A stretch of 62,841 bases of DNA from an uncultured archaeon (GCA_964610875.1 CAZSWP010000021.1:1-62841), one strand, 5' to 3'; positions 27,835 to 38,999 are shown, counted from the first letter of the stretch. Notes: generated by a model from the letters alone, not told the origin. Numbers and translations: made by a program.

Positions 27835-28365
27835 CTAGAAAGAGTCTTCTACTGTTATCTGAGATAGGCTACGTCTTGGTCTTGGTGATGGGTCTAATGC
27901 AGGTACACCAACAGGGACCAATGAAACTGGTTTCATCATTGATGGTAGATTAAGGACTTTTACTACTGCATCATCATCAAATGCACCAACCCAGCATCCA
28001 CCAAGCCCCATAAAATAAGTGGACAGTAGAATGGCATATGTTAGTGCTGCAGTATCTTGAATGCAATATAGATTTCTCCCCCTCTCTCCATACTTATCAG
28101 CGGATTCTTCAGGTACAGCACAGACTCCAAAGACCACATCACTGTTTGCTACAACTGCTTGTCCATATGCTGCATCTGCAAGCCTACGGATTTGCTCCTT
28201 ATCTCTTACAATCACGATGCGCCAGGGTTGTTTATTTCCAGCTGATGGAGCTGTGATTGCGGCTTGGAGAATCTCCTGTATCTGCTCTTCAGAAACGGGA
28301 TCTCCAGTAAATTTACGTATTGATTTTCGAATTTTTAGAAAAGAAATTAAATCGTACTTGTTCAT
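27835..28365 (-). CDS. Nitroreductase family protein
   Basis: RKSIRKF, APSAGNKQPW, GLGGCWVGAF. Confidence 0.93.
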   Translation of the reverse strand: MNKYDLISFLKIRKSIRKFTGDPVSEEQIQEILQAAITAPSAGNKQPWRIVIVRDKEQIRRLADAAYGQAVVANSDVVFGVCAVPEESADKYGERGRNLYCIQDTAALTYAILLSTYFMGLGGCWVGAFDDDAVVKVLNLPSMMKPVSLVPVGVPALDPSPRPRRSLSQITVEDSF

Positions 28366-28366
28366 T

Positions 28367-29350
28367 CTAGAGCACCTCTGGATTCACAATATTGGGTGGT
28401 TTTTCTCCACTAAGAGCTTTGATAAGGTTCTCTACACACATATCTCCCATCTTAGTTCTTGTTGTATTCGATGCACTCCCTATATGTGGAAGCACAACAA
28501 CATTTGGGAACGTGAGAAGTACATTCGTCGCTGGAGTTGGTTCTTGTTCAAATACGTCTAGCCCCACTCCTCCAAGATGGTTTTCTTTCAAAACTCTAAC
28601 CAGTGCCTTTTCATCAATGACTGCTCCTCTTGACGTATTGATAAGAAAAGCACCTTTCTTCATGGATATGAGTTCTTCGTAGCCAATCATATTCTTTGTT
28701 TCATCTGTGAGAGGGACATGTATTGATATGAAGTCTGCCTCTTTTAGAAGAGTCTGTAAATCGACTCTTTCCGCTTGTACCTTGTTTTCAACCATTTTCG
28801 TGTACTTGTTTTCCGTTCGAGTAGTATAGAGCACCTTCATATCAAATCCACTACTCCGCAATGTGACAGATGAGCCAATTCTTCCCATACCTACGATACC
28901 AAGAGTGCTACCATAGACATCTGTTCCGACCAACATATTTGGTCCCCAACCTACTTGCCATCTACCGTTCTCGACGTATTTATGCGCCTCCACGATTCTT
29001 CGAGCTGTGGACATGATTAAAGCCCATGCGAGATCCGCAGTTGTTTCTGTCAATACGTCCGGTGTGTTTGTAACAATGATTCCTCTTTCAGTTGCTGCTT
29101 CAACATCAATATTGTCATAACCCACAGCATACTGTGCTATTATTTTCAGATTTGCTAGACCTCTAATTAATTGCCCATCAATCGAATCGGAAAGAAGTGT
29201 GATCAATCCATCAACATCTTTTGCTCTCATACCAATGTCTTCTTTACTAGGTGGTTCATCATGTGGCCATACCTCCGTTTTATACATCTTCTTTAGTATG
29301 TTCAGTCCATCCCCAGGAAATTTTCGCGTGACAAATACAGACTTGCTCAT
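28367..29350 (-). CDS. gyaR: Glyoxylate reductase / D-2-hydroxyacid dehydrogenase
   Basis: AVGYDNID, TNTPDVLTETTAD, GIVGMGRIG, INTSRG, LDVFEQEP, PHIGSA. Confidence 0.9.
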   Translation of the reverse strand: MSKSVFVTRKFPGDGLNILKKMYKTEVWPHDEPPSKEDIGMRAKDVDGLITLLSDSIDGQLIRGLANLKIIAQYAVGYDNIDVEAATERGIIVTNTPDVLTETTADLAWALIMSTARRIVEAHKYVENGRWQVGWGPNMLVGTDVYGSTLGIVGMGRIGSSVTLRSSGFDMKVLYTTRTENKYTKMVENKVQAERVDLQTLLKEADFISIHVPLTDETKNMIGYEELISMKKGAFLINTSRGAVIDEKALVRVLKENHLGGVGLDVFEQEPTPATNVLLTFPNVVVLPHIGSASNTTRTKMGDMCVENLIKALSGEKPPNIVNPEVL

Positions 29351-29506
29351 TGTTACTCCATCCTTGTGTATCTGATTACACCAAGACGTTCTTATGAATT
29401 AATACTAATATAGAAACCAAGATATCTCAGGGATGAGTAACTACCCAGATGAAGGTTAGCATGCGGTGAACCGTTTGCTTATATTATATTCCGAGTAGGA
29501 ATATTC

Positions 29507-29524
29507 TAGGATAGTCTTATCCTA
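29507..29524. promoter_or_regulatory. Palindromic operator candidate TAGGATA-N4-TATCCTA
   Basis: Perfect 7-bp inverted repeat just downstream of the TATA-like TTATATTATA (29479-29488), in front of a wHTH gene. Confidence 0.5.
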
Positions 29525-29553
29525 TGAAATTATGACGGGTGAAGAAGGTGAAC

Positions 29554-29823
29554 ATGTCTGGATTCGAGCTACCTAGAAGTGCCATTATTGTTCTTGATCG
29601 GTTGACTAGTGATGGCCCGATGACACCTAAGGATATCAGCAATAAAGTAGATCTAGCTCCCCGTACGGTTTCCTTTGCTCTTAGGAAGCTGATTGGCCAG
29701 GAACTTTGCAAGAAGATTCCAAATCTTAGAGATATGCGACAACCATTGTATCTTGCAGATGCTGAAAAGGCACGAGAACTTCGAATGAAGTATGAACATG
29801 TCTTCAGACAGATACTCGTATAA
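29554..29823 (+). CDS. Winged-helix (MarR/ArsR-like) transcriptional regulator
   Basis: GPMTPKDISNKVDLAPRTVSFALRKL...PNLRDMRQPLY; AGGTGA SD. Confidence 0.85.
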   Translation: MSGFELPRSAIIVLDRLTSDGPMTPKDISNKVDLAPRTVSFALRKLIGQELCKKIPNLRDMRQPLYLADAEKARELRMKYEHVFRQILV

Positions 29824-29938
29824 TCTGGTGTATTATCGTATAGCCAAAAATGAACAGTGAAATTGTTTTTGGGCTTTTCATGTTTTTACAAATGATTTAT
29901 AGCAACATCAGAGATTTTGTTTTGGTGGTGCATATACA

Positions 29939-30124
29939 TTGGCGCATGAAGGTCTCACACTGTTCTTTGCCATCCTCGGTACCCTTCTGATAATTGCTTA
30001 TGTTTTGGGCCCTGCAAAGGAAGTGCGGTCGGTAAAGAGAACAGAAGGCAAGATTATGCTTGTGCCAACTGGTATTCTATTATTTATTATTGCAGCAATC
30101 GTGTTCTCAGGCATTTTAGGATAG
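29939..30124 (+). CDS. Small 2-TM membrane protein
   Basis: Two hydrophobic helices joined by a basic loop. Confidence 0.7.
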   Translation: MAHEGLTLFFAILGTLLIIAYVLGPAKEVRSVKRTEGKIMLVPTGILLFIIAAIVFSGILG

Positions 30125-30126
30125 CC

Positions 30127-31086
30127 TTAGAATGTCATGTCAAGTATTTTGCAGAATATGGCTGCTGATATTAGGTCAGCTGTGGTTCCAGGATTTAGTA
30201 GATTACCATTACTTCTTAGTATGTCATCAAGTTTTTTCAGTAGGATATCCGAATCATCGATTTCCCGTGTTTCATGAAGTGCTTTTGCTAATGTTTGAAC
30301 CTCTAGAGCTTTTTCATAACCAACTTTCTTAATTATAAGACCATCTGGCTGATTTGCTAGTAACCAAATGAAAGTCTTTACCACCCCTTCTTCGAAATCA
30401 TCAAGTCCTGATACATATGAATTGAGGATGGGGAGGATACTGTTCAGAACAAAATCAAAATGGATTGACCATTCCTTTGCAATTGGATCAACGTCAGCTG
30501 ACAATCTGAAGAGTTCAATAAGACTGGTTCCATCTTCTTCAATATTTTTCAAAGCTTGCGGATTCTCTATATCGTATCTATCATGAATATTGGTCCAATG
30601 TCTTGTATCTCTATTTAGACTGCCTTGCGATTTTATCAAATGGAATCCCTTATAGAGATGAATTGCATCTTGAATTGTTGTAGCTTCTATTAATGCAGCT
30701 AACCATTTCTGAGTTGATTTTACAGACAATTTTCCCTCATCATGAATACAAGCAGCTACACCACAGACAAGAGGTACATCAAGAAGGATAGTTCCCAAAA
30801 TAGTATTTCTTCTATTAAGACCTCCAAATACATCGCTAATGCATGAGTATATCAAATAGCCCAATTGAATCTCTTCTACTTGTATATTACTCTTAGCAAC
30901 TTGACCGCCTTTCTCTGCTGCTCTAAAGAGTCCTTTTCCAAGATATGACGCGCTCGCAAGGAAATGTCTGTATCCAGTATCTGAAAATCGACGTAACCTA
31001 TTCACGTTTCCTGGTTTTGGTGAACTAACTTCGAGAAGTGCTGCAAATTGTGCTGCACTTGCCAACTTCCAAGATATCTCAGACAT
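30127..31086 (-). CDS. citG: Triphosphoribosyl-dephospho-CoA synthase (CitG) family protein
   Basis: LEVSSPKPGNV, NTILG, PDGLIIKK, NPGTTADL. Confidence 0.85.
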   Translation of the reverse strand: MSEISWKLASAAQFAALLEVSSPKPGNVNRLRRFSDTGYRHFLASASYLGKGLFRAAEKGGQVAKSNIQVEEIQLGYLIYSCISDVFGGLNRRNTILGTILLDVPLVCGVAACIHDEGKLSVKSTQKWLAALIEATTIQDAIHLYKGFHLIKSQGSLNRDTRHWTNIHDRYDIENPQALKNIEEDGTSLIELFRLSADVDPIAKEWSIHFDFVLNSILPILNSYVSGLDDFEEGVVKTFIWLLANQPDGLIIKKVGYEKALEVQTLAKALHETREIDDSDILLKKLDDILRSNGNLLNPGTTADLISAAIFCKILDMTF

Positions 31087-31170
31087 AAGCACACTAGCTA
31101 CTATAATCGAATTAAACCAATCGATGATATTTCGAAAGATACTTAGTGACCATTCTTTACTAAACTACTG

Positions 31171-31512
31171 ATGCTCATGAGTCTTTCAGCTAGATTGACA
31201 TTTTCACAGGTTGGCATTTTGACATCAATCATTGTATATCTCGCTGTCAGGGGCTTCTTCGTAGTACTGAATTTTGGTCTTCTCTGGACCCATGTTGGTG
31301 GCTTCTTGAATATTGCTTTGCCTCTTGGACCGGTCATTGTGTTGGGTTTTGCAGCTTGCGTGATATCATACGGATTTTCATATCTAGGATTGTGGTTGAT
31401 GGATCATAATCAGTATATTCTTGGAATTCTAACCATTTTTCTGTCGGTCATAATTATGCCCGGTGCTTTGGCTGTATACTCTTGGGTCTATTTTCCAGTG
31501 TTGTCTGTTTAA
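31171..31512 (+). CDS. Hypothetical 3-TM membrane protein
   Basis: Hydrophobic ORF filling the gap. Confidence 0.6.
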   Translation: MLMSLSARLTFSQVGILTSIIVYLAVRGFFVVLNFGLLWTHVGGFLNIALPLGPVIVLGFAACVISYGFSYLGLWLMDHNQYILGILTIFLSVIIMPGALAVYSWVYFPVLSV

Positions 31513-32255
31513 GATTTTATTATCTCTGGTACTATTTGGGAGGCTCGACCACAAAGAACCAGGTCTGCGATATCATCTCGATTGGTTCCAGCGATATTGA
31601 TAAGAATGATTTTCGCTCCATTATTTTTTGCAAGTTGTGGCAAGAACGCAGCTGGATAAACTGTAAGGCTAGAACCAATCACCAGCATGAGATCCGTTTC
31701 TTTACAGATTTCAACAGCTTCTGACATAGGTTCTTCAGGCATAGGTTCCCCAAACAGGATTGCTTCCGATTTCAATACCCCTCCACATGCATCGCACAAT
31801 GGTGGAATCTCTCCATCCACAACTCTCCTGTGTATTTCTTCTCCTACATAGACTTTCTTACATTCCATACAATATGCCTTTAGATAGTTGCCATGAAGCT
31901 CAATGACGTTGGTGTTCCCTGCAGCTTGATGGAGATTGTCGATATTTTGTGTAATGACTCCCAACAGCTTGCCTCTTGACTCCAATTCAGCCACTGCTTG
32001 ATGTGCAGGATTGGGAGAAGCCTTTAACATTACTTCAGCTAACTCCTGACCCATAGTCCAAAACTTGGAAGGGTCTTGCATAAAGCTCTCGTAAGTGCCG
32101 TATTCATGTGGGTCATATCTATCCCACAGTCCTCCCTCGGAACGAAAGTCCGGGATACCAGAATCTACACTGATTCCAGCTCCAGTGAAGACACAAATCT
32201 TGTTGCTTTCTTCAATCAGCTGTCTTGCTATCTTAATCTCTTCATTAGTGACCAT
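31509..32255 (-). CDS. cobB: NAD-dependent protein deacylase (Sir2)
   Basis: TGAGISVDSGIPDFR, TQNIDNLH, ELHGN, CxxC...CxxC, IGSSLTVYPAA. Confidence 0.95.
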   Translation of the reverse strand: MVTNEEIKIARQLIEESNKICVFTGAGISVDSGIPDFRSEGGLWDRYDPHEYGTYESFMQDPSKFWTMGQELAEVMLKASPNPAHQAVAELESRGKLLGVITQNIDNLHQAAGNTNVIELHGNYLKAYCMECKKVYVGEEIHRRVVDGEIPPLCDACGGVLKSEAILFGEPMPEEPMSEAVEICKETDLMLVIGSSLTVYPAAFLPQLAKNNGAKIILINIAGTNRDDIADLVLCGRASQIVPEIIKS

Positions 32256-32462
32256 AATGATGGTATTGAACATTACTATACATTTCATTTTCGGTATTTT
32301 CTATAGTCAAGTCGAAAAGTTTTTCTTAGGATTTCTTCGAAGACGGCAGGAGTCACTGAGGGAAAGTATCACTAGCCATGATACACCTTTCGGATTCCTC
32401 CGAGATGTTTCTGTACGTGTTTGCCTGTATATTCACTTGGAAATAGGTAGTGTGAAATTACG

Positions 32463-33071
32463 ATGACCGGGAAAAAGATGGATGATAAAGTCGATATGCC
32501 TCTTGATGATGGTGAAGAAAAAAATGAATCTACCAAAGATACATCCACTGAAGATCTCGAAAAGGCATTGGCAGATGAGAAGAAACGCTCTGAAGACCTA
32601 TTTAGTCAGTTACAACGTGTTCAAGCTGATTATGATAATTATAGGAAAAGAATGCTAAGTCGAATGGAAGAAGCTACCAAATTTGCAAGTGAGAAGATAT
32701 TGTTAAAAATTCTAGATGTCTATGACAATCTGGAACGAGCTTTAGAAACTGATTTTGCCGCGGACCCAGAAGCTGCTAAATCTGGTGTAGAAGCAATCCA
32801 GAAGCAGATTGACAAGATTTTTGGTCAAGAAGGCGTAAGACAAATAGAGTCACTAGGTACACAATTTGATCCCTACTATCAACATTCTGTAGGCACCGTG
32901 AACAAAAGTGAAACACCTGATAAAGAGGTTGTTGAAGTGTACCAGAAGGGATACATGCTTCATGAAAAGGTATTACGTCCTGCACTTGTGTGTGTGAATA
33001 GGTACGAAGTCATCTCAAATAATGATGATGAAGAGACCAGTGATGAAACATCAGAGAATGGTGATGAATGA
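32463..33071 (+). CDS. grpE: Nucleotide exchange factor GrpE
   Basis: [41 protein letters not shown]. Confidence 0.95.
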   Translation: MTGKKMDDKVDMPLDDGEEKNESTKDTSTEDLEKALADEKKRSEDLFSQLQRVQADYDNYRKRMLSRMEEATKFASEKILLKILDVYDNLERALETDFAADPEAAKSGVEAIQKQIDKIFGQEGVRQIESLGTQFDPYYQHSVGTVNKSETPDKEVVEVYQKGYMLHEKVLRPALVCVNRYEVISNNDDEETSDETSENGDE

Positions 33072-34951
33072 TGAGTAAGGTTGTTGGTATTGACTTAGGA
33101 ACTACAAACAGTGGGATTGCCTACATGGAAGGCGGCAAGCCCACAATAATCCCAAATGCTGAAGGGAAACGATTAACTCCCTCAGTTGTAGGGATAACCC
33201 AGAAGGGTGAAATTGTCGTTGGAGAACTAGCGAAGAGACAGGCTGTATCTATGCCAGAGCGGACTGTTAGATCTATCAAACGAAAGATGGGTCAAGATTA
33301 CAAAGTGAAGATCGGTGATAAGGAGTACACTCCTCAAGAGATTTCTGCAATGATTCTTTCCAAACTAAAGAACGATGCTGAAGCATATCTTAATGAACCG
33401 ATCAAACGGGCTGTAATTACAGTTCCAGCATATTTCAATGATAGTCAAAGACAGGCTACAAAAGATGCAGGAAAAATAGCAGGTCTTGAAGTGCTTAGGA
33501 TTGTAAATGAACCAACAGCATCAGCTCTCGCTTATAATCTTGAAAAAGGCGAGGAGTTGAAGGTTCTTGTATACGATCTTGGTGGTGGGACCTTTGACGT
33601 ATCGATTCTAGATATTGGAGAGGATATCTACAAAGTATTGGCAACCAGTGGGAACACTCAACTTGGAGGTGATGACTGGGATAACAGGATTATTGATTGG
33701 ATAGTAAGCGAATTCAAGAATCAGTCAGGTATTGACATTTCTGAAGACCAATCTGCATTGCAACGGATTCGTGATGCGGCTGAGCAAGCTAAAATTGAGC
33801 TCTCCACTGTAATGCAGACAAACATTAATCTCCCATACCTTACAGCTGATGCATCTGGACCAAAACACTTGAACCTGGACTTGTCACGATCAAAGTTTGA
33901 ACAGATGACGGAGGACTTGGTTCAAGCTACAATTGGACCTATCCGTCAAGCCCTATCTGATTCCAAACTCGAACCCGAGCAGATTGACAAGATACTACTG
34001 GTTGGCGGTGCTACACGAATGCCAATGATTCAAAATATCATTCGTGCAATGTTTGGAAAGGAGGGAGATAAGAGTATCAACCCAGATGAGTGCGTTGCAC
34101 TAGGAGCAGCAGCTCAAGCTGGTGTCCTTTCAGGTGAAGAAACCGATATCCTTCTTCTTGATGTCACACCATTGACTTTGAGTATTGAAACTCTCGGTGG
34201 TGTTGCTACACCATTGATTGAAAGAAATACAACTATCCCTGCGAAGAAGAGTAAGGTCTTCTCAACAGCAGCGGACAATCAGACTGCAGTTGATATCCAC
34301 GTCGTTCAAGGCGAGAGACCTATGGCTAAAGATAATATGACTCTCGGACAATTTCAGTTGGTTGGTATTCCCCCTGCTCCTAGAGGTGTACCTCAGATTG
34401 AAGTCACCTTCGACATTGATGCAAATGGAATTGTCAATGTCACTGCAAAAGATAAGGCAACTGGTAACGAACAATCAATTACAATCACAGCTTCCACCAA
34501 TCTTTCAGAAGATGAAGTAAACCGAATGATGGACGATGCTGAAAAGTATAAAGAAGAAGACGAAAAACGGAAAGCACAAGTAGAACTGAAGAACAACGCT
34601 GACCACATGGTGTTTCAAGCTGATAAGATGCTTCGAGATTTCAGCGATAAGATACCGGAAGACCTTAAGAAAGAAACCGAAGAGAAAATCGAGTCACTCA
34701 AAAAAGCTATTGAAGCTGAAGACTACGAGAAACTAGAGAGTGGCACTGAAGATTTGCAACAGACCATCTACAAGATTTCCGAAAAAGTATATGGTGCTCA
34801 AGGACCTGGAGCAGCTGGATTTGATCCAAGTCAGATGACTGGATTTGATCCATCTCAAATGGCTGGTGCTGGGACTACCTCTAAATCAGATGATGAAAAA
34901 GAACCTGATGATGAGGATGTTGTTGACGTGGACTTTGAAGACGTAGAATAA
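33068..34951 (+). CDS. dnaK: Chaperone DnaK (Hsp70)
   Basis: [37 protein letters not shown]. Confidence 0.98.
   Translation: MMSKVVGIDLGTTNSGIAYMEGGKPTIIPNAEGKRLTPSVVGITQKGEIVVGELAKRQAVSMPERTVRSIKRKMGQDYKVKIGDKEYTPQEISAMILSKLKNDAEAYLNEPIKRAVITVPAYFNDSQRQATKDAGKIAGLEVLRIVNEPTASALAYNLEKGEELKVLVYDLGGGTFDVSILDIGEDIYKVLATSGNTQLGGDDWDNRIIDWIVSEFKNQSGIDISEDQSALQRIRDAAEQAKIELSTVMQTNINLPYLTADASGPKHLNLDLSRSKFEQMTEDLVQATIGPIRQALSDSKLEPEQIDKILLVGGATRMPMIQNIIRAMFGKEGDKSINPDECVALGAAAQAGVLSGEETDILLLDVTPLTLSIETLGGVATPLIERNTTIPAKKSKVFSTAADNQTAVDIHVVQGERPMAKDNMTLGQFQLVGIPPAPRGVPQIEVTFDIDANGIVNVTAKDKATGNEQSITITASTNLSEDEVNRMMDDAEKYKEEDEKRKAQVELKNNADHMVFQADKMLRDFSDKIPEDLKKETEEKIESLKKAIEAEDYEKLESGTEDLQQTIYKISEKVYGAQGPGAAGFDPSQMTGFDPSQMAGAGTTSKSDDEKEPDDEDVVDVDFEDVE
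34817..34861 (+). repeat. 24-nt tandem duplication encoding GFDPSQM x2 in the DnaK C-terminal tail
   Basis: ggatttgatccaagtcagatg / ggatttgatccatctcaaatg. Confidence 0.7.
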
Positions 34952-34977
34952 ATCGGATATGATCAGGGTGCATAGAT

Positions 34978-36012
34978 TTGGCTGAAGATGACTATTATGA
35001 TATTCTAGGTGTTAGTAGAGGTGCTACACAAGATGAGATCAAGAAAGCCTATCGTAAATTAGCTAAGAAACTGCACCCTGATCGTAATCCTGACAAAGAT
35101 GCAGAGGAACAGTTCAAGAAGATCAACGAAGCATATTCTACTTTAGGTGACCCTGAGAAAAGATCCAATTATGATAGGTATGGCACTGCTGATTTTCAAG
35201 GCATCAATATGGATGGATTTAGCTCCATATTTGATGAGATATTCAAAGGCTTTGGTGGCTTCGGTGGTTTCGGGTTTGGAGAAGGTCGTTCAGGACCCCA
35301 GAGAGGTGAAAATCTTCGAATTAGAATTCCTTTGACTTTCGATGAAGCTTTCTTTGGTACAGAAAAGGAGCTTGCCTTCAAAAGAAAAGTTGCATGTGAA
35401 ACCTGTAATGGAAAAGGTGCCGCACCGGGGACATCTGCTACAAGATGCCGTACTTGTGGTGGGCGCGGTCAAGTTATGAGGTCAATGGGTTTCATGTCTG
35501 TTGCACAGACTTGCCCCGCGTGTAGAGGGGTTGGTGAACGGCTAGATACACCCTGTAAAGACTGTAAAGGCACGGGACTAAAAGAAGAACGTACTGAAGT
35601 GAAATTCCCTATACCTGCAGGAATTGAAGACGGAATGGCTCAGAGAGTTCGAGGTGGCGGGAATGCAGGGCCGCGTGGTGGTCCGCATGGTGATCTAATC
35701 GTAGTGTTCTCCGTTGAACCACATGACGATTTCATACGAAGAGGACTACACGTCTATTATGAAACTGATATTCCTTACTCAGTTGCAGTACTTGGTGGCG
35801 AGATTGAAGTCCCTACCATGTGGGGTACTAGTAAGATGAAAGTAAAAGCTGGCACAGAAGGTGGTACTGTCTTACGAATGCGAGAAAAAGGTGTACACTC
35901 AGCTGATGGCAGAAAGGGTGACCAATTAGTCCGTGTGAATATACACATTCCAAAACAACTATCGAAGGAGCAAAAGGAATACCTCGCGCAATTCGATGAA
36001 GTACTTAGTTAG
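34978..36012 (+). CDS. dnaJ: Chaperone DnaJ
   Basis: J domain with HPD, G/F region and four CxxCxGxG motifs. Confidence 0.97.
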   Translation: MAEDDYYDILGVSRGATQDEIKKAYRKLAKKLHPDRNPDKDAEEQFKKINEAYSTLGDPEKRSNYDRYGTADFQGINMDGFSSIFDEIFKGFGGFGGFGFGEGRSGPQRGENLRIRIPLTFDEAFFGTEKELAFKRKVACETCNGKGAAPGTSATRCRTCGGRGQVMRSMGFMSVAQTCPACRGVGERLDTPCKDCKGTGLKEERTEVKFPIPAGIEDGMAQRVRGGGNAGPRGGPHGDLIVVFSVEPHDDFIRRGLHVYYETDIPYSVAVLGGEIEVPTMWGTSKMKVKAGTEGGTVLRMREKGVHSADGRKGDQLVRVNIHIPKQLSKEQKEYLAQFDEVLS

Positions 36013-36578
36013 AATTTCAATGGTTTACACAGACACCCTCTCATTTTTAAATCTGTAAATTGATCTGTGTTAGCTGGTTTTATTATCCATGCAGTATCTG
36101 CACCTCTTCCTGTACCTCCTACACATATTATATCATCATCAACATTTACCAAACCTGCATCTGCTACCATCATTGCAATTTCAGCACATACCTTTGTTCC
36201 TTGTCCAAAAGTACGATACGCATATGCAATAATTTCTGAAACTTCGTACGTTCCAAGTGCTTTTCGAACGCCTCTTGGAACCCCAGCAAAAGCATGTGTT
36301 GTTGTAAGTATTTTAGTTCCCGTTTCTGCAATACGTGTTCTAAACTCTGGTTTCAATTCTTGATGATTTGGTTTTCTAAAACCAGTCTGATGTGTTACCA
36401 CAAGAACTTCTTTGTCAGCTATTGACTCTGCAAAGAGTGCTCCAGTAGCCCCCTCTGTCGTGGCTACGACTATCTTCATGATATGTGGATTCTTCTTAAT
36501 ATAGTCCTTCACAATTCCAAGGACTTTTTCCGAATGTTCAGCGGATGCTTCATCAAAATATTCAGTTTTTATTATCAT
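36009..36578 (-). CDS. Pyruvate-kinase C-terminal-like (DUF1867/MTH1675-type) protein
   Basis: IVVATTEGATG, VVTHQTGF, THAFAG, FGQGTKVCAEIAMM.ADAG, GGTGRGADTA. Confidence 0.85.
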   Translation of the reverse strand: MIIKTEYFDEASAEHSEKVLGIVKDYIKKNPHIMKIVVATTEGATGALFAESIADKEVLVVTHQTGFRKPNHQELKPEFRTRIAETGTKILTTTHAFAGVPRGVRKALGTYEVSEIIAYAYRTFGQGTKVCAEIAMMVADAGLVNVDDDIICVGGTGRGADTAWIIKPANTDQFTDLKMRGCLCKPLKF

Positions 36579-36628
36579 CACGTACACTTTCCTAAAATTT
36601 TACATTCACAATTCTTGATAGGCAATCA

Positions 36629-37072
36629 CTAGTTCTCAGAACTCTTCTGCCAGTTTCTCAAATAATATTCTGCAGTAGCGATTATCACGAATACAATGAG
36701 GGCAGTCCAAAAGTCAACTATTGAGTTTGGAAGGGATGATACAAACCAAGAAGCTGCGATAACAACGATTGCTGTGAAAATAAGACGAATGATGAAACGT
36801 AGATTATCCTTCTCCTCGTCGACATATTCATCAGGTTCCTTTGTTTTACCATATTCTTCTGCAATATCTTCAGGTTCTCCGAGTTCCCCAAGCACGTGCA
36901 TTGCTAGTTCATATCGATCTTCTGTTGGTTGCTTCTGTGTCTTATCTTCCAAAGCAGTGATTATATGGATTCGTAAGTCATCTATCAAATCATCTGTTTC
37001 AAAAGAATCTGGGAGCAGTTTCCTAACTCGATTAAGATAATTCAAGATTAGTTTTTCCACCTTATCACTCAT
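36629..37072 (-). CDS. HAAS/DUF1700-like membrane partner of PadR
   Basis: YLNRVRKLLP...IDDLRIHI...LGELGEPEDIAEEY plus 2 TM; overlaps the padR stop. Confidence 0.8.
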   Translation of the reverse strand: MSDKVEKLILNYLNRVRKLLPDSFETDDLIDDLRIHIITALEDKTQKQPTEDRYELAMHVLGELGEPEDIAEEYGKTKEPDEYVDEEKDNLRFIIRLIFTAIVVIAASWFVSSLPNSIVDFWTALIVFVIIATAEYYLRNWQKSSEN

Positions 37073-37422
37073 TTCTTTAGTTCCTCCAGTTTTTCAAAGA
37101 TATCATTCAAAACAACCGACAGTTCTCGATATACTCTATCTCCTTCACCTGTGAGTACGTAGACTTTTCTTCTAGGTCCAGCTTCTGACTTTTCAGTTCT
37201 TACATCTAGGAGACGGTCTTTTTTCAGTCTATGAAGAATTGGATAAAGTGTCCCCTCTTTCACTTCAAGAAGTCCTTCGGTCTTCTCATCCAATTCTCTT
37301 GCTATTCCATAACCATGAATTCCTTCTTGATGTTGCTTCACAATTGCAAGAACCGCATATTGAAGAAGACCCCTTCTGATTTCAATCTTCCAGCCATGCT
37401 CAAAAGACTGTGTCTTCTTCAA
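37069..37422 (-). CDS. PadR-family transcriptional regulator
   Basis: RRGLLQYAVL, HGYGI, EGTLYPILHRL, GPRRKVYVLT. Confidence 0.93.
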   Translation of the reverse strand: MKKTQSFEHGWKIEIRRGLLQYAVLAIVKQHQEGIHGYGIARELDEKTEGLLEVKEGTLYPILHRLKKDRLLDVRTEKSEAGPRRKVYVLTGEGDRVYRELSVVLNDIFEKLEELKK

Positions 37423-37640
37423 TCAAGCATACCTCACTGTAAACACAGCAATGTGACTCTATTCGTAGCCTTAAGTGTGTCTGTGTTTTTTTGGCTCTGT
37501 AGAATAATTCGGATATCATTTAGATTATACCCCTTTTGTTAGACGATTTATGTAGTTATTTTGTGAATTATTGAGATATTGTAAGCTAAATGATGATTCC
37601 ATCTGACATAGACCAGACTTTTTCTACAGAGCCTGTTTTT

Positions 37641-38999
37641 TTATACTCTATCCACATCATGTCTTCTTGGTGAAACAAGAGATCTTAATTCACGCCACAG
37701 AGTACTCTCATATTCTCTGGGTTCCTTGATTAATAGAAAGAAGAATGAGCCAATAAACCGCAAGGTTGCACTTATAATTAGCATCCAAAAAACTGCAAGA
37801 TATCCTCCAATTTGGAGTGCTAAAGCGTCGCCAATAAAACCACTGATGAGAGAGCCGAATAACAGAATTATTCCAGTGAATGTATTATAAACCGCAATAT
37901 GTGAACCTCTCTCTTCTTTAGGCGCAACATCATAAATGTAAGCTGTGATTGAATTCACTGTGGCAGCAACTGAAAAACCTGCGAGAGCATTTGCTATATA
38001 GATAATATAGACATTGGTCGCAAAAGCGTACATTAATGGTACTAAAAATAGAAGACCCCTTCCCAGTACAATCAATGGCTTTCTACCAACTTTGTCACTA
38101 AGATACCCAAATGGTATTGTGAATATTATAGTGGAGAGTGTCATAATCGCTGATGCTAGAGTTATTTCCAATAGGGAATTCTCTAACCAGATTCTCTGAA
38201 CTACAGTAAAATATGGCCAAGCCATTGACATTGCAAATGAAAAGAAAATTGCAATGAAACAGAATTGACGAAAATCCCCTGGTTGAGATAATAATCTAAG
38301 GAGGGGTGGGTATTCACGTTCTTTACTTCTATCTACCTCTTTTTCCTTAATAGTCAAGGCTATGATGGATGATATAATTCCAAATATTGCCGTGAAATAG
38401 AAAGGAAGATAGTATGCTTCTCTCCAACTCTCTACTGGAGGGAATACGACTGTGCCCAGATCTCCCAGGATGGCCCGCAGAAATGGCAAAATTGCAGGAG
38501 ATACTGCAAGAATCCCTGCTACAACTGTTGCCATCATCGATGCTACACTTGCTACTAGATTCAATCGACTCAGTTCTGTCCCACGTTTGTCCTCATCCAT
38601 CAGTCCTCCGATTAGTGATAGCCAAGTTGGTATCTGAATACTGAAGAGGATTGATTGTACACCGTATAATGCTATCATATGAATTGGTGTTTCTGCCCAA
38701 AGAAATAGAAGTACCATGAAGAGACCTGTAAGAGTACCAAATGCAACAAAGTGTTTGTTTCTGCCTATTTTGTCCGATATAGCTCCCCATGCTGGTTGAA
38801 GGAAGGTTGGTGCTATATTTCCAACACTACGAAACGACCCTATCTCAGCGTATGTGGCACCCATATCTATGATATAGCTATTGAGCATAGAGCTATGCAG
38901 ACCTAAAGCTCCCTGAGTGAGAGCTGCAACCAAGTAGACTTTTGGTGGTAGACGACCAGATTTAGTAGAATCTGCCACATCAGTACTAGGTATTGTCAT
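37641..38999 (-). CDS. MFS transporter
   Basis: About 12 TM; motif A GAISDKIGR and GYLSDKVGRK. Confidence 0.9.
   Translation of the reverse strand: MTIPSTDVADSTKSGRLPPKVYLVAALTQGALGLHSSMLNSYIIDMGATYAEIGSFRSVGNIAPTFLQPAWGAISDKIGRNKHFVAFGTLTGLFMVLLFLWAETPIHMIALYGVQSILFSIQIPTWLSLIGGLMDEDKRGTELSRLNLVASVASMMATVVAGILAVSPAILPFLRAILGDLGTVVFPPVESWREAYYLPFYFTAIFGIISSIIALTIKEKEVDRSKEREYPPLLRLLSQPGDFRQFCFIAIFFSFAMSMAWPYFTVVQRIWLENSLLEITLASAIMTLSTIIFTIPFGYLSDKVGRKPLIVLGRGLLFLVPLMYAFATNVYIIYIANALAGFSVAATVNSITAYIYDVAPKEERGSHIAVYNTFTGIILLFGSLISGFIGDALALQIGGYLAVFWMLIISATLRFIGSFFFLLIKEPREYESTLWRELRSLVSPRRHDVDRV

Noticed and set aside
28367-29350. serA (phosphoglycerate dehydrogenase) completing the serC pathway
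   Set aside because: Motifs fit the glyoxylate reductase subfamily, there is no ACT domain, and it lies about 23 kb from serC.
32288-32463. CIRCE/HrcA heat-shock operator before grpE
   Set aside because: No TTAGCACTC-N9-GAGTGCTAA and no hrcA; only a 5-bp hairpin (TCGGA/TCCGA).
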